A stretch of 64,000 nucleotides of DNA from Nitrospirota bacterium. GTDB lineage: Bacteria > Nitrospirota > UBA9217. Every line of letters begins with the position of its first letter. Within the stretch, counting starts at the first letter, position 1. The stretch is taken from positions 1 to 64,000 of the forward strand of contig CAVWHO010000004.1 in NCBI GenBank assembly GCA_963754875.1, written 5' to 3'. Below the pieces are notes generated by a model. The model was not told where the DNA came from. It saw nothing but the letters and a program-made list of their open reading frames with translations, and made no database searches. A program made the position numbers and the translations under genes. This document shows positions 60,907 through 64,000 of the stretch, piece by piece.

Positions 60907-63496
60907 TCAGAATTCATACCGCCCTTCCAAAAAATTCTTTGCATACCTATCGACGGCAGTATCGTCATGAAGCATGGCATCGAGCTGGCGCGCATAGGCG
61001 ATCAAACGTCCGGCTTGGTCCAAGACCTTCTCCATTTCCCCTTGGCTGAGGCCGGCGAGTCGCGCAATGAGCAGATCCCCTTTTATTTTTATAGTGAAAC
61101 CATATTCCTTCAATATGCGCGCAAGGAGCTCCAATCTCCTCGACCGCTTCGTCAGATCGGTCGCCCCGCCTGCAAACCGGAAATAGATGTGGTTGTTTCG
61201 TGCATTCTCGCTGCAGTAGCAATCGACCATGTTGAAATGATAGCCGAACCGGATGCTCATGTTCACGTAGTCGCGTGAGATGACCGCCACGTTGTATCCG
61301 GCCGTGCTGTCCGTGGCATTGGTTATGTCCGGCATCCGCATCATGCTCGATAGGAAGTCCTGGGCATTAAGCGCCACTGCTTCGGAGTGCCATGCCCCGG
61401 GATGGATCATCCCCCTGACCATTGCCTTGAAGGGCATAGAAGTGATCTGATCGAGGGTGGCCTTTCCCTCATGCGTTCCTTCTCCCAGGCCGCCGCCCAT
61501 GTCCATCACAAGAAGGCCCGCGGGCACCGGCAATTCAAGCTGCTTGATTGTCCCGTGTTTCCTCATCTTCGTGTTGCCTCCGCGGGCGCTCTCCACTAAC
61601 TCGGCAACTGACTTCTCATGCATGAACCGCAGGATGTCGTGCAGGGTCCTGCATCGCTCGGGCGTGAACTCGTCCATGAGCGGGTCGATGAGGTGGAGCG
61701 GAGAGATGTACCGAAGGATATATCGCTTCCTGCGATACTCGTAGATGCTTTCCATCTGTTGCTTGTCCTGTCCCGCTTTCTCAAGCATCTCGCGGATGAT
61801 CCCCGCGTAGAGGACCGAGGTGTTGCCGCCATTGGCAACGACCGTGACGTCCTGTCCCTGTTTCAGGATTTCCGTCGCCTTGGTCAGGTTCACGATCGTC
61901 GGGATTTGTAATTCTCTGCAGAGCGCCGCCATATGGCTCGTCTGAGAGCCTGTTTCCGTGATGATCGCGGAGACATAAGGCATGGTCTTTACAAAAAGCG
62001 ATGAATCATGGGCTGCTACAAGGACAGCGCCCTTCGGAAACGTTGCGATGTCATCGGGCGTCCTTACGATAAAGACCTTTCCCGCGCCGGCGCCACGCTG
62101 GACCACCGTACCGAGGTCCCTCACGATTGCCAGGTGGCCGACTGACCCTGCGTCCGCTTTTTCCGCTTGGTCGATGATAGGCTCTGCGGTCTTCACGTTC
62201 AGCGGCCGCGCCTGGAGAATGTAAGCCGTGCCTTTTTTGTCAATCGCCCATTCAATGTCCCGGGGAGAGCCGAAGTACCGCTCAATGGTCATGGCCTGCT
62301 TTCCGAGGGCTGTTATTTGCTTCAGGCTTGAGGCAGGGCTGGTTTTTAAGGTCGTCAGGAGTCTCGACCTCGACGGTTCCTCCTGTTGCCCTGTTTATGA
62401 TCATGGACTCTTTTTTGCCGTTCATGGCCCGGACGAGCTCCGGCTCTTTTCCTTTTCGAACGACATACATGTCTGCCTCGGTCCTGCTCTCGACAATGGC
62501 TTCGCCGAGTCCCCAGGCTGCGCTGATAATCATGGTGTTACTGTCGCCGTCCGGCGTCGTTGAATAGATGACCCCGCTCGACACTGCGTCGACCATGGCC
62601 ATGCAGCCGACCGCCATTTTGAGCGCCCCGACGTCATACCCCCTCTGCTGCTGGTAGGCTACGGCCTTCCCCGAGTAGAGGCTTGCAATCACCTTTCGGT
62701 ATGCCCGTTCCACTGCTTCGAGTTCGAGAGGCACGTTCAATACGGTCTTGAACTGGCCGGCAAAGGAATGGACGCTGTCCTCCTCCTCGGCGCTGCTCCG
62801 GAGCGCAAGGAACGAACCGTTGTTGCGCCTGCGGATCTTGTCCAGCGCCTTTTGGATCCTGCGGCTGACTTCCGGAGGGACGGTCCCATGGAGAATGAGC
62901 TCCTGCAGTTCCTGAAACACCGCGTCATGTGGGAGGGGGCCTTGTTTCAGCCGAGCGATGCGGTCTTCCAGCTGATTATGCCAGATGAACTCGTCAAAGG
63001 CGGTTGTCGTGATGACGAACGCGTCGGGGACCTGCAGGTGCAACTGGTTTTTTACTTCGGCAAGATGGGCGTTCTTGCCGCCGACGACCTGCGGCGTGCC
63101 CCAGGGGATATCTTCGAAGAACAGAACCGGGCTCGCTGCTGTCGGCGACGCTCTGTCGACCATGTCGGTAATCAGGGAATCGATGTGCTTGAAAACTTCG
63201 TGAAGCCGTTGATACCGGTCTTGTGTAAGCTCGTCGAAGCTGCGGAGCGAGTTCACCATGTCTTCTTTGAGATGGGAATAGGCGTTTCTAACGTATACGA
63301 TGTCGAAGAGATAGTCGCCGCCCAGCTTCTCTCCCATGTCCGTGATGGTTTCCAGGGCGCGATTATTGCTCTCGAGTACGTTCTTGAAGCGTTCGAACAC
63401 GGCCCGGAACTCCGCGGGATTGGAAGGAGCCTTCCTGCGGGCGAAGGTCCGGGACAGGGACGTAAGGACCGACTTTAGGGTGACGACATTTTTCAT
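60907..63496 (-). CDS. PEP-synthase/PPDK-like protein (ATP-grasp, phospho-His swivel, non-canonical C-terminus), frameshift near 62310
   Basis: VGGKNAHL, LRSSA..ED...SFAGQF, AWGLGE, DIEWA, LQARPL, GSQTSHMA. Confidence 0.85.
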
Positions 63497-63621
63497 GGCA
63501 TATCGGGAACGAATTTTTCTCGTCGTGCTTTTGAGATTGCAGGAAGAGCTACAGAATCGTTTTTTCAACCCTGCGATCTCTGCGTGCTCGATGAGAGAAA
63601 AGGCACCATTTCTTTTTGGCG

Positions 63622-63990
63622 TCAGGATTTATTGATTGCCCGACGGATCGATTCTTTCAGCTCTTTGATCTTGACCGGCTTGGGGAAGAAGTCGTGCACG
63701 TCTCCCCGCAAGGCCTCGATGGCCGCATCGAGGTTGGCGAAAGCGGTGATCATGATCACCGTTGTGCCGGGGTATTCTTTCTTGACGGTCCGGAGCACCT
63801 CCATGCCGTCGATGCCCTTCATCTTGTAATCGGTGACGACGACATGGAATTTCTTCTCCTTGAGCCGCGCAAGCGCCGGCTCGGCGTTCAGAAAAGTCTC
63901 CACATCGTAGCCTTCCTGTTCGAGCGACATCTTTGCCATGTCGCCCACGATCTTCTCGTCGTCAATGACCATGATGCTGTATTTATCCAT
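63622..63990 (-). CDS. Single-domain response regulator
   Basis: VIDDE, TDYKM..IDG, ITAF, FPKP. Confidence 0.92.
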   Translation of the reverse strand: MDKYSIMVIDDEKIVGDMAKMSLEQEGYDVETFLNAEPALARLKEKKFHVVVTDYKMKGIDGMEVLRTVKKEYPGTTVIMITAFANLDAAIEALRGDVHDFFPKPVKIKELKESIRRAINKS

Positions 63991-64000
63991 CGTTCTTCTC

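Overview
Bacterial chromosomal window, with almost all genes on the minus strand. Gene content (sigma-54 systems, FmdE, DUF294, PEP-synthase-like proteins, a selenoprotein) suggests an anaerobe such as Nitrospirota or a deltaproteobacterial lineage; this is inference. (1) 1-22.3 kb is an arsenic/oxyanion island: an extended ars operon, a Moco/molybdate supply operon, a Tat-exported TtrBCA/SrdBCA-like molybdoenzyme, and its likely regulators (tandem AioX/PhnD-like binding protein, histidine kinase, sigma-54 activator) with a visible UAS-IHF-sigma-54 promoter. (2) 24-42 kb is a sugar ABC transporter, mgsA, gap, a form IV RuBisCO-like protein and an atypical fused transketolase. This block is interrupted at 31.9-39.1 kb by a defence hotspot (putative R-M pair, ParA+HEPN, VapBC, HicAB) whose genes are separated by repeated promoter-bearing spacers. 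(3) 41.9-44.7 kb holds a DsbA-like selenoprotein that the ORF track truncates at its in-frame UGA, a di-haem peroxidase and FdhE. (4) 45-52 kb is acs/actP/DUF485/exonuclease/DUF294. (5) 52.7-64 kb is msrAB with a two-component system, a flavoprotein, a RAPP-ending small ORF, a CpXC protein, a kinase and a PEP-synthase-like protein. About ten otherwise intact genes carry 1-2 nt frameshifts, most likely assembly indels. No rRNA, tRNA, CRISPR array, integrase or transposase was recognised. All family calls are from motif recognition, not database searches.
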